Shown: positions 9,296-19,840, counted from the first letter of the stretch. The stretch is 64,000 bases of DNA from Patescibacteria group bacterium (GCA_041670805.1 JBAXYM010000003.1:16406-80405); one strand, 5' to 3'. The notes: generated by a model from the sequence alone, not told the origin. Translations and numbers: made by a program.

Positions 9296-9745
9296 ATGAA
9301 ACTTATCAGCGCCTGCCTGTGCGGAATAAACTGCGCATGGAATGGAAAATCAAAAATTTCCCCAAAGATACTTGAACTTGTAAAATCCGGAGAATTTATT
9401 CCTGTATGTCCGGAACAGCTTGGCGGGCTAAGCACTCCCAGAATTCCGCAAGAAATACAAGGCGGATCGGGGGAAGATGTTTTGGCGGGGAAGTGCAAAG
9501 TTATAAACAAAGAAGGAAAAGACGTAACCGCCCAATTCGTGAGAGGGGCGGAGGAAACATTGAAAATCGCAAAGCTCACGGGAGCGAAAAAATTTATTGC
9601 CAAATCAAAAAGCCCTTCCTGCGGCTGCGGCTTCACTTATGACGGAACTTTTTCCGGCACGCTGATTGAAGGTGACGGCGTTACCACGGCGCTCTTGAAG
9701 CGGAATGGAATAAAGGTGATAAGCAGCGAAAATATCGAGGGATAA
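9296..9745 (+). CDS. DUF523 family protein (2-thiouracil desulfidase TudS-like, Cys-ligated Fe-S cluster)
   Basis: 149 aa; LISACLCGINCAWNG ... FIPVCPEQLGGLSTPRIP ... KSPSCGCG conserved Cys pattern typical of DUF523. Confidence 0.55.
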   Translation: MKLISACLCGINCAWNGKSKISPKILELVKSGEFIPVCPEQLGGLSTPRIPQEIQGGSGEDVLAGKCKVINKEGKDVTAQFVRGAEETLKIAKLTGAKKFIAKSKSPSCGCGFTYDGTFSGTLIEGDGVTTALLKRNGIKVISSENIEG

Positions 9746-10086
9746 TCTTATCATAAAAATTAGATCCCATACGATAAAATTTTTATATATTTATTTCTGA
9801 TACTTATAAAGCAATGAATATCTAAATCTGAATTGTTTTTTCTTAACACAGTTTTTTTACATTGTGAATTACCCTGTGTGTCCTATGGACAACACAGGGA
9901 GTTCTTACTTCTTAAAAACAAATCATAAGACTCGCGGATGCAGTTTCTTAGCTAAGCAGGATAAAATGTTGAGGGCTGTCTTTTGGATATGGATATGTTA
10001 ACATTTTTATAATCTGTTTATAATTTATACAAAGAGTTTATTTGGTAATCATAGTAAAATATTCGCAAATATGCTAAATTAATGGC

Positions 10087-10722
10087 ATGGAACAACAAAT
10101 ATCTAGACGAACAGTCAAACAATGCTTGCCAGTTATTAATGCAGTGTATGCCTTTTTCGAAGTGCAAATAGTGGCATATGAGAACTTGGAAAAGAAAGAT
10201 GAGCTGTGCTTTTTTCATTTGGAAAAAGATTTCGGCATTCCCAAGCTATTAAGCGTAGGATATATCTTCGGCGAATGGCTAGAAGGATCAGATTTTATCT
10301 GCAATAAACTCTGCATCGTTAAAACAAATAAAAAGGCTAAGTGGCTTGATTTTATCAGATTGCTTGATAAAAAGATTAATGGGTACAAAGTTGATACTAA
10401 CATTATAGAAATATCTCTTGCATCGAATGGGATGATTTTCAGAAATATCAATGGAATGCGATATAGTTACGATTTTAAAAACGACGGCTTGAAGAAAAGA
10501 ATAATTGCTTTCCTCGCCGAGCAGAATGATTTCGTGCAAACAGCAGCTATCCAAAAATATGTTAAATCTACAAATGTAAAATCTTTTTCAGATGCTGTCG
10601 GGCAGATTAATTCCATTATGGAACAGAAATTGAAGCTACCTAAGGCGCAGAATTTAATCAAAAGCAAACGTGGCTCTGGTTATAGAATTAACCCGCTATA
10701 CAATATCATTTTGACCGATTAA
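10087..10722 (+). CDS. Hypothetical protein with a C-terminal OmpR/PhoB-type winged-helix-like motif
   Basis: 211 aa; C-terminal KSKRGSGYRINPLY resembles the wing of Trans_reg_C domains; no receiver domain. Confidence 0.3.
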   Translation: MEQQISRRTVKQCLPVINAVYAFFEVQIVAYENLEKKDELCFFHLEKDFGIPKLLSVGYIFGEWLEGSDFICNKLCIVKTNKKAKWLDFIRLLDKKINGYKVDTNIIEISLASNGMIFRNINGMRYSYDFKNDGLKKRIIAFLAEQNDFVQTAAIQKYVKSTNVKSFSDAVGQINSIMEQKLKLPKAQNLIKSKRGSGYRINPLYNIILTD

Positions 10723-10865
10723 CCAACACCTTTGCATCTCCAGTGGATAAGTATAAAAAATACCTTTATTTAAGAGGTATTTTTTGATGGCTGATGGAGA
10801 TGTGATGGATATAAATTATTTAAAATATATCCCATAATTTTGATATAAGCCTAAGTATAATTTAT

Positions 10866-12146
10866 ATGTCTACAAAACAAAGGTTAGAATGGCACACTGA
10901 AAAATGTTCGGTGGCAGAACTTATCCCCAATGACGAAAATCCCCGTGTAATGAGCCAGAAACAAATCGAGGATTTGAAAAGGAGTCTGCAAAAATTTAAT
11001 TTGGTTGAGATTCCTGTTATAGATACCGACAAAAAGGTGCTGGCAGGCCATCAAAGATTGATGGTGCTCAAATTGTTAGGACGAGAAAACGAGGTCATTG
11101 AAGTTAGAGTGCCGAATCGTAAATTGAGCCAGAGAGAATACGACCAATATTTACTTACGAGCAATCGTGTCCACGGTGATTGGGATTGGGAGAAGTTGGT
11201 ACAAAACTTCGATCTTGACCTCTTGGCTATTAGCGGGTTCGATGAAAATGATTTATCGCATCTCTTTGAAGACTTAACAGTAGAAGATGATGAATTTGAT
11301 GTTGAAGTGGAACTGGAAAAGATTAAAAAACCGAAGGCCAGGCTAGGAGATATTTATTTGCTTGGCAATCATAAATTAATTTGCGCAGATAGCACCGATC
11401 CTGAAACAGTCAAAAAACTATTTGGCAAAAACAAAGCGGATATGATTTACCAGGATCCGCCATACAACATCGGCCTGAATTACAACAAAGGGATTGGCGG
11501 CAAACAGCATTACGGCGGCACGGTTAATGATTCTAAAAGTGAGACCGAGTATAAAGAGTTTCTTGGAAAATCTTTGCAAAACGGACTTTTAGTCTGCAAG
11601 CCCGATGTCCATATCTTTACTTATTGCGACCAATCATATATATGGCTGTTTCAAATTCTTTATCAAGAATTGGGTATTCAAAATAGAAGAGTCTGCTTGT
11701 GGGTAAAGAATAGTTCCACGCCTACACCGCAAATAGCCTTTAATAAGCAATACGAACCTTGTGTTTACGGCACAATCGGCAGTCCTTTTCTTGCCGATAA
11801 AGTACTCAACTTATCAGAGATTATGAATAAAGAAATTGGCACAGGCAATCGCACACTGGAGGACATATATGATATGATCGATATTTGGCTTGTCAGAAAA
11901 CTGAGTGGCTCTGACTATCAACACCCAACCGAGAAGCCACCTATGCTTCATGAAAAAGCTTTGCGAAGGTGTTCCAAACCGGGCGATATTATCCTTGATT
12001 TATTTGCTGGTTCTGGGAGCCTGTTGATAGCTTGCGAACAATTAAAACGGTCTGCGTACTTGGTCGAACGCGAACCAGTATTTGTTGATTTAATAATTCA
12101 AAGATATGAGAAACTCACAGGAAACAAATCCAGAAAAATCTCTTAA
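10866..12146 (+). CDS. ParB-like nuclease domain fused to a beta-class N6/N4 DNA methyltransferase (phage/ICE-type orphan MTase)
   Basis: 426 aa; N-terminal ParB-N fold (ELIPNDENPRV...LAGHQRL); MTase motif IV IYQDPPYNIG precedes motif I DLFAGSGSLLIA; ~50% identical paralogue at 29378-30646. Confidence 0.75.
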   Translation: MSTKQRLEWHTEKCSVAELIPNDENPRVMSQKQIEDLKRSLQKFNLVEIPVIDTDKKVLAGHQRLMVLKLLGRENEVIEVRVPNRKLSQREYDQYLLTSNRVHGDWDWEKLVQNFDLDLLAISGFDENDLSHLFEDLTVEDDEFDVEVELEKIKKPKARLGDIYLLGNHKLICADSTDPETVKKLFGKNKADMIYQDPPYNIGLNYNKGIGGKQHYGGTVNDSKSETEYKEFLGKSLQNGLLVCKPDVHIFTYCDQSYIWLFQILYQELGIQNRRVCLWVKNSSTPTPQIAFNKQYEPCVYGTIGSPFLADKVLNLSEIMNKEIGTGNRTLEDIYDMIDIWLVRKLSGSDYQHPTEKPPMLHEKALRRCSKPGDIILDLFAGSGSLLIACEQLKRSAYLVEREPVFVDLIIQRYEKLTGNKSRKIS

Positions 12147-12891
12147 ACACGGCCAGATTTGGCAACTAGGCGATCATAAGTTGCTCTGCGGCAGTTCGTT
12201 GGATTCCGAGCTGGTGCAAAAGCTCCTTGCGGGTTCAAAAATAAATTCCATTATCACTGATCCGCCTTATGGCATTAGCTTTGTCGAGAGCAAAAAAAAT
12301 TTTTCTAAGGTAAAAGTGAACAAGAGAATTCTCAACGATAATATTTCCTCAGAGAAAGAATACTGCGAATTTACAAAGCAGTGGCTAAAAATTCCCTTGC
12401 TTTACCTAGCCAAGAAAAATAGCATTTATATCTTCAACTGTGATAAAATGCTCTTTGCCTTAAAAAAGGCGCTTGACGAACTTGATGTTTATTTCTCGCA
12501 ATTAATTATTTGGGTAAAGAATCATGCCGTAATCGGGCGTAAAGACTATCTGCCTCAGCATGAATTGATTTTATTCGGTTGGTTTGGCGCTCATGCTTTT
12601 AAGCGAAGTAAGGACAAATCTGTTTTGTTTTATCCAAAACCGAATAAGAGCAGTTTGCATCCTACCACCAAACCCATGGAATTAATCAGTCATTTAATAT
12701 TAAATTCTACCGATATCGGCGATACTATCTATGATTGCTTTGGTGGTTCGGGCACTTGCCTAATATCAGCCGAACTAACTAAAAGGCGCTGTCTAATGGT
12801 CGAGTATGACTTAGAATATTGTGCAATTATTATGAAGCGCTGGGCACATATAACTAAACAAGAAATTAAATTAATTTATGAAGAAGAATGA
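12106..12891 (+). CDS. DNA methyltransferase (beta-class N6A/N4C), second MTase of the module
   Basis: 261 aa; ITDPPYGISF then DCFGGSGTCLISAE; start overlaps the upstream gene (translational coupling). Confidence 0.7.
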   Translation: MRNSQETNPEKSLKHGQIWQLGDHKLLCGSSLDSELVQKLLAGSKINSIITDPPYGISFVESKKNFSKVKVNKRILNDNISSEKEYCEFTKQWLKIPLLYLAKKNSIYIFNCDKMLFALKKALDELDVYFSQLIIWVKNHAVIGRKDYLPQHELILFGWFGAHAFKRSKDKSVLFYPKPNKSSLHPTTKPMELISHLILNSTDIGDTIYDCFGGSGTCLISAELTKRRCLMVEYDLEYCAIIMKRWAHITKQEIKLIYEEE

Positions 12892-13297
12892 TCAAAACAA
12901 AAAATTATTGCTTGAACAGCTGAGCAAAACACCAATTATTCAAATTGCTTGCGAAAAACTGGGGATTGCCCGTCCGACTTTTTATCGCTGGAAAGCGCAG
13001 GATAAGGAATTCGGTAGGCAGGTCGATGAAGCAATCAGAGGCGGTAGATTGCTGGTTAACGACTTAGCTGAAAGCCAATTAATTAGTGCCGTCAAAGACA
13101 GAAATATCCAGGCCGTTATGTACTGGCTTAAACATCATCACGTGGATTATAGGAATCGTCTGGAAATTGACGGAAACATAAATACCAGCCAAGAATTATC
13201 ACTTGAACAACAAACATTAATTAAGAAAGCCCTTGAGTTTGCTTCCTTTGACCTAGAGCAGAAACAAGATATTAAAACCAATGAAAACGATAGCTGA
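12878..13297 (+). CDS. HTH protein, terminase small subunit-like
   Basis: 139 aa; IACEKLGIARPTFYRWKAQDKEF HTH; directly upstream of and overlapping the TerL-like gene; paralogue at 31389-31898. Confidence 0.4.
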   Translation: MKKNDQNKKLLLEQLSKTPIIQIACEKLGIARPTFYRWKAQDKEFGRQVDEAIRGGRLLVNDLAESQLISAVKDRNIQAVMYWLKHHHVDYRNRLEIDGNINTSQELSLEQQTLIKKALEFASFDLEQKQDIKTNENDS

Positions 13298-14714
13298 ACA
13301 AACCTACGAGTTGATGTCCGATATTATTAGGGATAAAGATATTCGTACCAAAGTAGCCACCGAAAGCCACTATTGGTTTTTTCATATTTATTTTCATCAT
13401 TATGTTAAATATCCAACCGCTGATTTTCAGAGAGAACTATTTGCTATTACCCAAAGCGATAATATCAGCACGGCTGTCATTGTAAGTTTTCGCGGTTCGG
13501 CCAAATCAACTATCATGACTATGTCATATCCAATCTGGTCAATTCTAGGCAAACAACAGAAGAAGTTTGTTATAATTATCAGCCAAACCCAGTATCAGGC
13601 CAGGATGCATTTAAGCAATTTGAAGCGGGAGCTGGAAAGTAATCGACTATTGCGCTCCGAACTGGGGCCATTCGAAGAAAAGAATGAAGAATGGGGTTCT
13701 ACTTCGTTGGTAATTCCTAAATTCAATGCCCGTATTACCGCCGCTTCTTGTGAACAAAGTGTGAGAGGCCTGCGGCATGGAGCCAACCGTCCCGACCTTA
13801 TAGTCTGCGATGATGTCGAAGATTTAAATTCAGTTAAAACGCGGGAAGGGCGTGATAAAACTTATAATTGGCTGACGGGAGAAGTAATTCCTTCCGGTGA
13901 TCGGAGCACTAAAGTGGTTGTTGTCGGCAATTTATTACATGAAGACAGTTTGCTGATGCGGCTTAAGGCCAATATTGAAGAGAATAAATTAAATGGTATT
14001 TTTAGAGCTTATCCTCTGACTGATCATCGAGACCAAACAAATTGGCCTGGCAAATTTCCTACCAAGGAATTGATTGATTTGGAGAAAATGAAAGTAGGCA
14101 ATGAAATTTCTTGGCAAAGAGAATATTTATTGAGAATTGTACCTAATATCGGACAGGTCGTGCACAGGGAATGGATTCATTATTATGATGTGCTTCCACA
14201 ATCTTCTGAACATTATACATCCACGGTTAGTGGTGTTGATCTGGCTATCTCCAAAAAAGATACCGCGGATTGTACAGCCATTGTGTCAGCCAAAGTTTAT
14301 TCCATTGACGATAGTTTTAAACTTTATATCTTGCCTAATCCGATCAATGAAAAAATGGAATTTCCAGATATGATTAGAAAAATAAAGGCATTAGAAACTG
14401 TTCTTGGCTACAGTATGATATATGTTGAAGATGTCGCTTTTCAAGCTTCTTTGTATCAGCAATTAATTGAAAAAGGAATTCCTGCTGAAGGGGTAAAAAT
14501 ACATGGTCAGGATAAATTATCTCGATTGACGCTAACCACTGCTCTAATCCAATCCGGAAAAATTATTTTCCCTCGAAAGGGCACTGAAAGGCTAATTGAA
14601 CAAATGCTTAACTTTGGAATCGATAAGCACGATGATTTAGTCGATGCTTTCACTTTATTAGTACTAAAGGTTGCAAATAACAATTACAGTATGCCAAGAG
14701 TCGTTTTGCTTTAA
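13281..14714 (+). CDS. Phage terminase large subunit-like ATPase/nuclease
   Basis: 477 aa; Walker A SFRGSAKSTIM, Walker B LIVCDDVEDL, C-terminal RNaseH-like nuclease signature GVDLAISKKDTADCTAIV ... IDKHDDLVDAF. Confidence 0.55.
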   Translation: MKTIAEQTYELMSDIIRDKDIRTKVATESHYWFFHIYFHHYVKYPTADFQRELFAITQSDNISTAVIVSFRGSAKSTIMTMSYPIWSILGKQQKKFVIIISQTQYQARMHLSNLKRELESNRLLRSELGPFEEKNEEWGSTSLVIPKFNARITAASCEQSVRGLRHGANRPDLIVCDDVEDLNSVKTREGRDKTYNWLTGEVIPSGDRSTKVVVVGNLLHEDSLLMRLKANIEENKLNGIFRAYPLTDHRDQTNWPGKFPTKELIDLEKMKVGNEISWQREYLLRIVPNIGQVVHREWIHYYDVLPQSSEHYTSTVSGVDLAISKKDTADCTAIVSAKVYSIDDSFKLYILPNPINEKMEFPDMIRKIKALETVLGYSMIYVEDVAFQASLYQQLIEKGIPAEGVKIHGQDKLSRLTLTTALIQSGKIIFPRKGTERLIEQMLNFGIDKHDDLVDAFTLLVLKVANNNYSMPRVVLL

Positions 14715-14802
14715 GAGAATAGCTAATCCAATATTCTCAGTTCAATTTGATTTAAGCTATCTGATTTAGCATAGACAGCATGATGAGTTTTTGTCTATCT
14801 AA

Positions 14803-17430
14803 TTACAAAACTATTTCAGATATAGAAGCTGATTTACTTTTATCTAGAGAATTTGCTTTTATAAACAATTCTATGGCCTCTTTCTCGCTTTTGTCTGACC
14901 AAGCTTTATCTCCTAATTCAGCCAAACATACACTGAATTTATCTGGATTGTAGGCGATCTTAAAATCATTATACTGGAAATATTTTTCCTTTTTATAGTC
15001 TAGTCCTTCTTTCACAAAATGCTTCAAGAAGAAGCCAGTATCTCTCGGATTTTTTCTAAATGTTTTTATGAGGTAATCAGTTACTTCCTCATTACGATCT
15101 CTATCTTCGTCGCTCCAATCAACCGCCCATTGAAAGAGAATAATGGCGAACTCGTTATATTTTTTATACTGTGTAAAAACATTCCTATTTTCCTTAATAA
15201 AATATTTTTTTAATCGTTTTTTGATGATATTTTTTAGTTCTTCATGATTAATATTCTGATGAATTCTATATAAACTGCTGCTTCGACCCTCACTGCAAGA
15301 AAGAACTACCGTAGAAACAAAATCCAAACGTTCTGTTCGTTGAATAATTTCCTTTAAAATCCCTTGAATCTGGTTTTCTTCTATTTTCTTATTGTCTTCC
15401 AATAACCGAAAAATTAATCCGTATGCTTGATTATATTCGTTGTCCCACAAATCTCCACTTTGCATAAATCTGTTACAATTTTGATAAATAACTCTAATCA
15501 ATGTTAGGGCAATCTCTTTGTTAACCTCTTTTGCATACAACTTAAGAAGGTGCAAAAGATCAATTAGTTTTAATTCTTTTTGGTATTTTTCAAAAAACGA
15601 TATTTTGATGTCATTTTCTAAATTATCAGAAAGCTTCCATGCTTTGAGTATGTCATCAAATTCAGAATCAGATATTACGTTTTCACGCACTCCTAATGTA
15701 AAATATTTATAAAAACAATCCGGGTGAGCTATTCTCCTTTTAATTCTGTACTCTTCGACCAAACCTCCATAGCTGTTATTATCAAATGCATTTTTTATCT
15801 CTGGAAAAATATCCTCCAGCAAAGATATAATTATTTTATTATTTTGTGTAATTATTTCTATATGACTCTTTATAGTTTCTCTTTTTTCTCTATCATCATA
15901 TGGCAGGTAAGTATATGCTCTAAGCTCCAAAGACCAAGGAGAGACATAAAACCACCAGTTTTTTCTTATATCATTATATATATCTGGAAAGAAAGTATGA
16001 AAGATTTCTAAAATGAAAAAATCGTATAAGTGTATTTCACGTTCTATAAACGGCAACCTAAAGAAGATACTATTAAGATAACGTTTAGCGGCTCTATATG
16101 TGGGGAAAAATGGTTTTAAATTAGATTGATAAGTTTTTGTAAACTCTTCATCAAACTCCTTTCTTCTAATGCTATCGATCTTGATACCATCAAAAAATTT
16201 ATCAATTTCTGATATGCGTCCGGAATCTGGATATGAAAATAGTAGAAAGTCATCAATCTTTCTATGATCAGTCGATGGCAAATATATCGGCAATTGAATG
16301 ATTTTTTCAACATAATTCACAGGATCGCCTATCTCCTTGTTATTTTGTAAAATTGAAGATACTATCGAAGGGTCAAAACAAAGTAAAAAGACCATATTAT
16401 TCATACGGCTTGTTAGTTTTACAAGCCGGAATACAGCTAGAATCTCATTAGCCTGAAGACGATCAACATCGTCTATAATAACTAAAACTCTCTTGTCTAG
16501 TGAAGCTACAAATTTTTCAATTTTTTCCTTGAGCTTCAACGGTCGATCTTCGGTATTATTATGTAACTGTAAAGATAAATTTGCAAAACCCTTGATTAAT
16601 ACCTCTGGATAGAAATTAAGATAATTCTTCACTTTGTTAGGCACTAAATACTTTTCTTCTAACAACTTCTCTAATCCATGATAAAAGTTCACCGTTAAAG
16701 CATCTTTTTCTCCGAAGAACCAAGGATCAAATTCATAAACTAGCAGTTGTTGGTCATTTTCCAGCTCTCTCTTAAGTAAGTTTAAGACAGATGTTTTACC
16801 TTCCCCCCAACATCCATATAGACCCATGACGAATGATTCTTTAAAAGATAATTTATAAATGTTATCTTTTAATGCATCGGCGAATCTCTTTCTTCCAATT
16901 AGGTCATTGCCATTATCGTTTATCGGCTCATCTGTTAACAGCTTTGTTTGTTCGCCAAGACTATCTATCAATTGATTTTCTATTTTTTTCTCTTTGATTG
17001 TAGACAATAGAGCCTTCAGATATGTTGCTAAAGCAAAAAATATTATAGGGAATAAGACAACTCGAAAGCAAGGTAAATCTAGAAAATGTTTTGATAATAA
17101 CCACCATATGCCTAAAAAACTGACTAAAGACAAACTATCAACAGCAGAAAACTGTGGTTGTTTTATGAAATAAGATTCTCGGTATTTGCGCCAAATTGAA
17201 ATGCCTTTTTTCCAAACGGCTCCAAATATTACTAACTCAAATAATATAATATATTGTGGTGCAGGCAAAAATGGAATAATACTATCAAAAAAATCTTTTA
17301 TATTTGATTGAAAAATTCCAGCAATCCAAAAAAGAAACATACCTGCTGCCGATGAAAGCAGTAAGTCATTAAAATTTATTTGAATATAATTTAAGAGTGC
17401 TACAATTTCTTTGTTTAGGAAATATTTCAT
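14803..17430 (-). CDS. KAP-family P-loop NTPase with four N-terminal transmembrane helices
   Basis: 875 aa; P-loop GLYGCWGEGKTSVLNLL; Walker B-like VLVIIDDVDRL; N-terminal TM segments; adjacent to the type III R-M pair. Confidence 0.55.
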   Translation of the reverse strand: MKYFLNKEIVALLNYIQINFNDLLLSSAAGMFLFWIAGIFQSNIKDFFDSIIPFLPAPQYIILFELVIFGAVWKKGISIWRKYRESYFIKQPQFSAVDSLSLVSFLGIWWLLSKHFLDLPCFRVVLFPIIFFALATYLKALLSTIKEKKIENQLIDSLGEQTKLLTDEPINDNGNDLIGRKRFADALKDNIYKLSFKESFVMGLYGCWGEGKTSVLNLLKRELENDQQLLVYEFDPWFFGEKDALTVNFYHGLEKLLEEKYLVPNKVKNYLNFYPEVLIKGFANLSLQLHNNTEDRPLKLKEKIEKFVASLDKRVLVIIDDVDRLQANEILAVFRLVKLTSRMNNMVFLLCFDPSIVSSILQNNKEIGDPVNYVEKIIQLPIYLPSTDHRKIDDFLLFSYPDSGRISEIDKFFDGIKIDSIRRKEFDEEFTKTYQSNLKPFFPTYRAAKRYLNSIFFRLPFIEREIHLYDFFILEIFHTFFPDIYNDIRKNWWFYVSPWSLELRAYTYLPYDDREKRETIKSHIEIITQNNKIIISLLEDIFPEIKNAFDNNSYGGLVEEYRIKRRIAHPDCFYKYFTLGVRENVISDSEFDDILKAWKLSDNLENDIKISFFEKYQKELKLIDLLHLLKLYAKEVNKEIALTLIRVIYQNCNRFMQSGDLWDNEYNQAYGLIFRLLEDNKKIEENQIQGILKEIIQRTERLDFVSTVVLSCSEGRSSSLYRIHQNINHEELKNIIKKRLKKYFIKENRNVFTQYKKYNEFAIILFQWAVDWSDEDRDRNEEVTDYLIKTFRKNPRDTGFFLKHFVKEGLDYKKEKYFQYNDFKIAYNPDKFSVCLAELGDKAWSDKSEKEAIELFIKANSLDKSKSASISEIVL

Positions 17431-17434
17431 TTTA

Positions 17435-19840
17435 TTAGAATATAATACTATTCCATCCCTTCATCGTTGGAGTATATGAATAATTTTTATCCTGATTAAT
17501 TTTCCACCCGTTGGCATCCTTAACTGCAATTCCACCACAAAAATTCTTTTTTCCCGCTAACCATTCCTGCAAAGCTTCGGCTTTATATTTTGTATCATTT
17601 GATTCGGCAGTAAAGCCTGCTTTAGTATCAATTATCCAAATCTTGTTTTTGGTCTTTATAATCCAGTCAGGATAAAATAGTTTTTCTTTATTCTCGTCAG
17701 GGTTATAATAAGAGATTGAGAAATATTCACTACCAGAATCTCCATTTTTATACCACCATTCAATATCGTTGCTTTCTTCTAAGAATTTAATAAAGAATTT
17801 TTCATTTTCTACTACTTCCTTGCTAATATAGAACGGCTCCATAGCAGAATATTTAACTTTCATATCCTGATAACTATCAGTAAAAAATAAAGAAGGTCTA
17901 GGTATCTCTATAATCTCAATTCTCTTGGAACGAACAGCTTTCTTATTTACTTCCTGGTCGCGGATAGGCCTATAAGTCTCCAATGCCTCTCCGATAATAG
18001 GACGTAAAACTCCAGATTCCTTCAGAATGTCATTTAGTATTGCCTTGTAAGCATCATTACGATTATCACCAAGCATTGGAATTAGCCATACATTTAAAGC
18101 GGTTTTTAATTTTCCCCAAGAACGTTCTGGTGCAAATTTCTTATTCTCATCCGTCTGCTTGCTAATAATATTAAAGCAGACAAGGTTGTATAATCTCTCA
18201 ATATCGTTTTGAGACATTTCTTGATCATGATTTCCTCCCTCGGCTAATAATTCTTTAACGAAATTATCGTAATCATCAATTTCCACACCGACAATAATTC
18301 CGTTAGTTACGCTTGGTTTTATGTCAAAATCCTTGGCAATCAGCTTTTTTTTAGCATCTTTATCTCCGTCTTTAATCCCAAAATATTTATTAGCTATTTT
18401 TTTAAAAGTAGTCTGGAATGAATCGCCGAGATCGTTATAGTCCGAACGGCCCATAAATACTGATTCGATCTGGATTGGCTCAATATTCTTTTTGCGATAA
18501 CTGCCAAAAATTGCCGGTTTATTTTCAGATTTATTCTTGTCATATTCACTAATTACCTCATTGCGTTTATAATTAGTATACAAATAACCTAAATTTAGTT
18601 CTGGTTTGCCATAATGGGTGCCAGTTGGCATGCGAAGAATCCTACCTACAGTTTGAATGGCAAAGGTAGGATTTTTTATTTCCCTAAACATAACCAGCAC
18701 ACCAGCACGAGGACAATCCCAGCCAGTGGCTACGGCTTGTTTGAAGAGTAAAAATTCAATCGGAGAATCGTTCTTTTCAATGTCATCAAGATTAACTTTA
18801 TCTTCAGACAGCCAAATAGCGATGTTATTTTCTAAAACACCTTTCTTTTTTAAAAATTCTACAACTATATCTTGTTTGCTAGTACTGCTTGTTTCCGCCG
18901 AAGCTTTGTCATCATTCGGAAGTTGAATAAGTACCAGGGGATTAATATCTAAACCTAATTCCTTGTAGTATTTTACCAGCTCAATTCGTCTATTATATGC
19001 AAGCTCAAGAAGAATCTCATCTTGATCCATATGTTTGAATTGTTTTTGATTCAAATCTTCTTCGGTCTGAAAAATAATCTTTTCTTTTATTAGTCCTTCT
19101 CGCACAACATCTTCACGTTTCACTCGAACAAACCCAGCTTGATTGTCTTCTATGTCGCTAAGAGTCGGTTCGTATTTTGGAGTTGCAGAAGCACGGATGA
19201 TGATTTTAGGTTTAATTAAACCATCAATAAGTTCAAGAGCTTTGTCGGTGTCAGCTCCAAGATGTTCTTCATCAATAATCACTATGATTTCCCTTTTCTC
19301 TTCATGAGTAGCCTCAATCATTCCATCAAAAGAAACATCCTGTTCGTTTTCACGCCTAATTTTTAAAACTTCTTTCGATTGTCCTTTTAATTTTTCCCAA
19401 TTTATGAAAAAAACACTGTTGTGAGTAAGTACCTTGTGATTAAGATCATTTATATCCAAAAGCTCCAATTCCGAAGCGCCGCCATAATACTCAAAGAGCT
19501 TATTCTTGCTCTGCTCAACAAGAGTAGGGCCTTTGGACATCCATAAAAAAGCAGCGTCGTTACCAACAAAACGAGGATCAGAAACAATATCACGTAAAAA
19601 TTGTGCTAACATCACAGTTTTTCCTGACCCTGTTGGAGATTTGAAAACTAGAGGCAGTTGATTTTCAGAAGTTTTCCATAAATCTAAAAACTGATCTTTA
19701 AGTTTAGCTATGGCAGTTTCCTGAAATGGTTTTAGTGCAAACATATTATAGGCGATTAATTTCTTTATAAACTTCAAGAATTGGTTCTGGAATATCTTCA
19801 ACATGAATATTGTCAGAGCTATATTCGTTGGTATACTCAT
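17435..19840 (-). CDS. res: Type III restriction enzyme Res subunit (SF2 helicase-nuclease)
   Basis: 801 aa ORF; motif I FKSPTGSGKTVMLAQF, motif II IIDEEHL; a likelier start is the internal Met at 19744 (MFALKPFQETAI), which removes the 95-nt overlap with mod. Confidence 0.65.
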   Translation of the reverse strand: MSIPTNIALTIFMLKIFQNQFLKFIKKLIAYNMFALKPFQETAIAKLKDQFLDLWKTSENQLPLVFKSPTGSGKTVMLAQFLRDIVSDPRFVGNDAAFLWMSKGPTLVEQSKNKLFEYYGGASELELLDINDLNHKVLTHNSVFFINWEKLKGQSKEVLKIRRENEQDVSFDGMIEATHEEKREIIVIIDEEHLGADTDKALELIDGLIKPKIIIRASATPKYEPTLSDIEDNQAGFVRVKREDVVREGLIKEKIIFQTEEDLNQKQFKHMDQDEILLELAYNRRIELVKYYKELGLDINPLVLIQLPNDDKASAETSSTSKQDIVVEFLKKKGVLENNIAIWLSEDKVNLDDIEKNDSPIEFLLFKQAVATGWDCPRAGVLVMFREIKNPTFAIQTVGRILRMPTGTHYGKPELNLGYLYTNYKRNEVISEYDKNKSENKPAIFGSYRKKNIEPIQIESVFMGRSDYNDLGDSFQTTFKKIANKYFGIKDGDKDAKKKLIAKDFDIKPSVTNGIIVGVEIDDYDNFVKELLAEGGNHDQEMSQNDIERLYNLVCFNIISKQTDENKKFAPERSWGKLKTALNVWLIPMLGDNRNDAYKAILNDILKESGVLRPIIGEALETYRPIRDQEVNKKAVRSKRIEIIEIPRPSLFFTDSYQDMKVKYSAMEPFYISKEVVENEKFFIKFLEESNDIEWWYKNGDSGSEYFSISYYNPDENKEKLFYPDWIIKTKNKIWIIDTKAGFTAESNDTKYKAEALQEWLAGKKNFCGGIAVKDANGWKINQDKNYSYTPTMKGWNSIIF

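Noticed and set aside
12878-13297. IS3-family transposase OrfA (because of the RPTFYRW HTH)
   Set aside because: No OrfB/DDE transposase follows. The gene is directly coupled to a terminase large subunit-like gene, and the paralogue in island B is also not followed by a transposase; a TerS-like role fits better.
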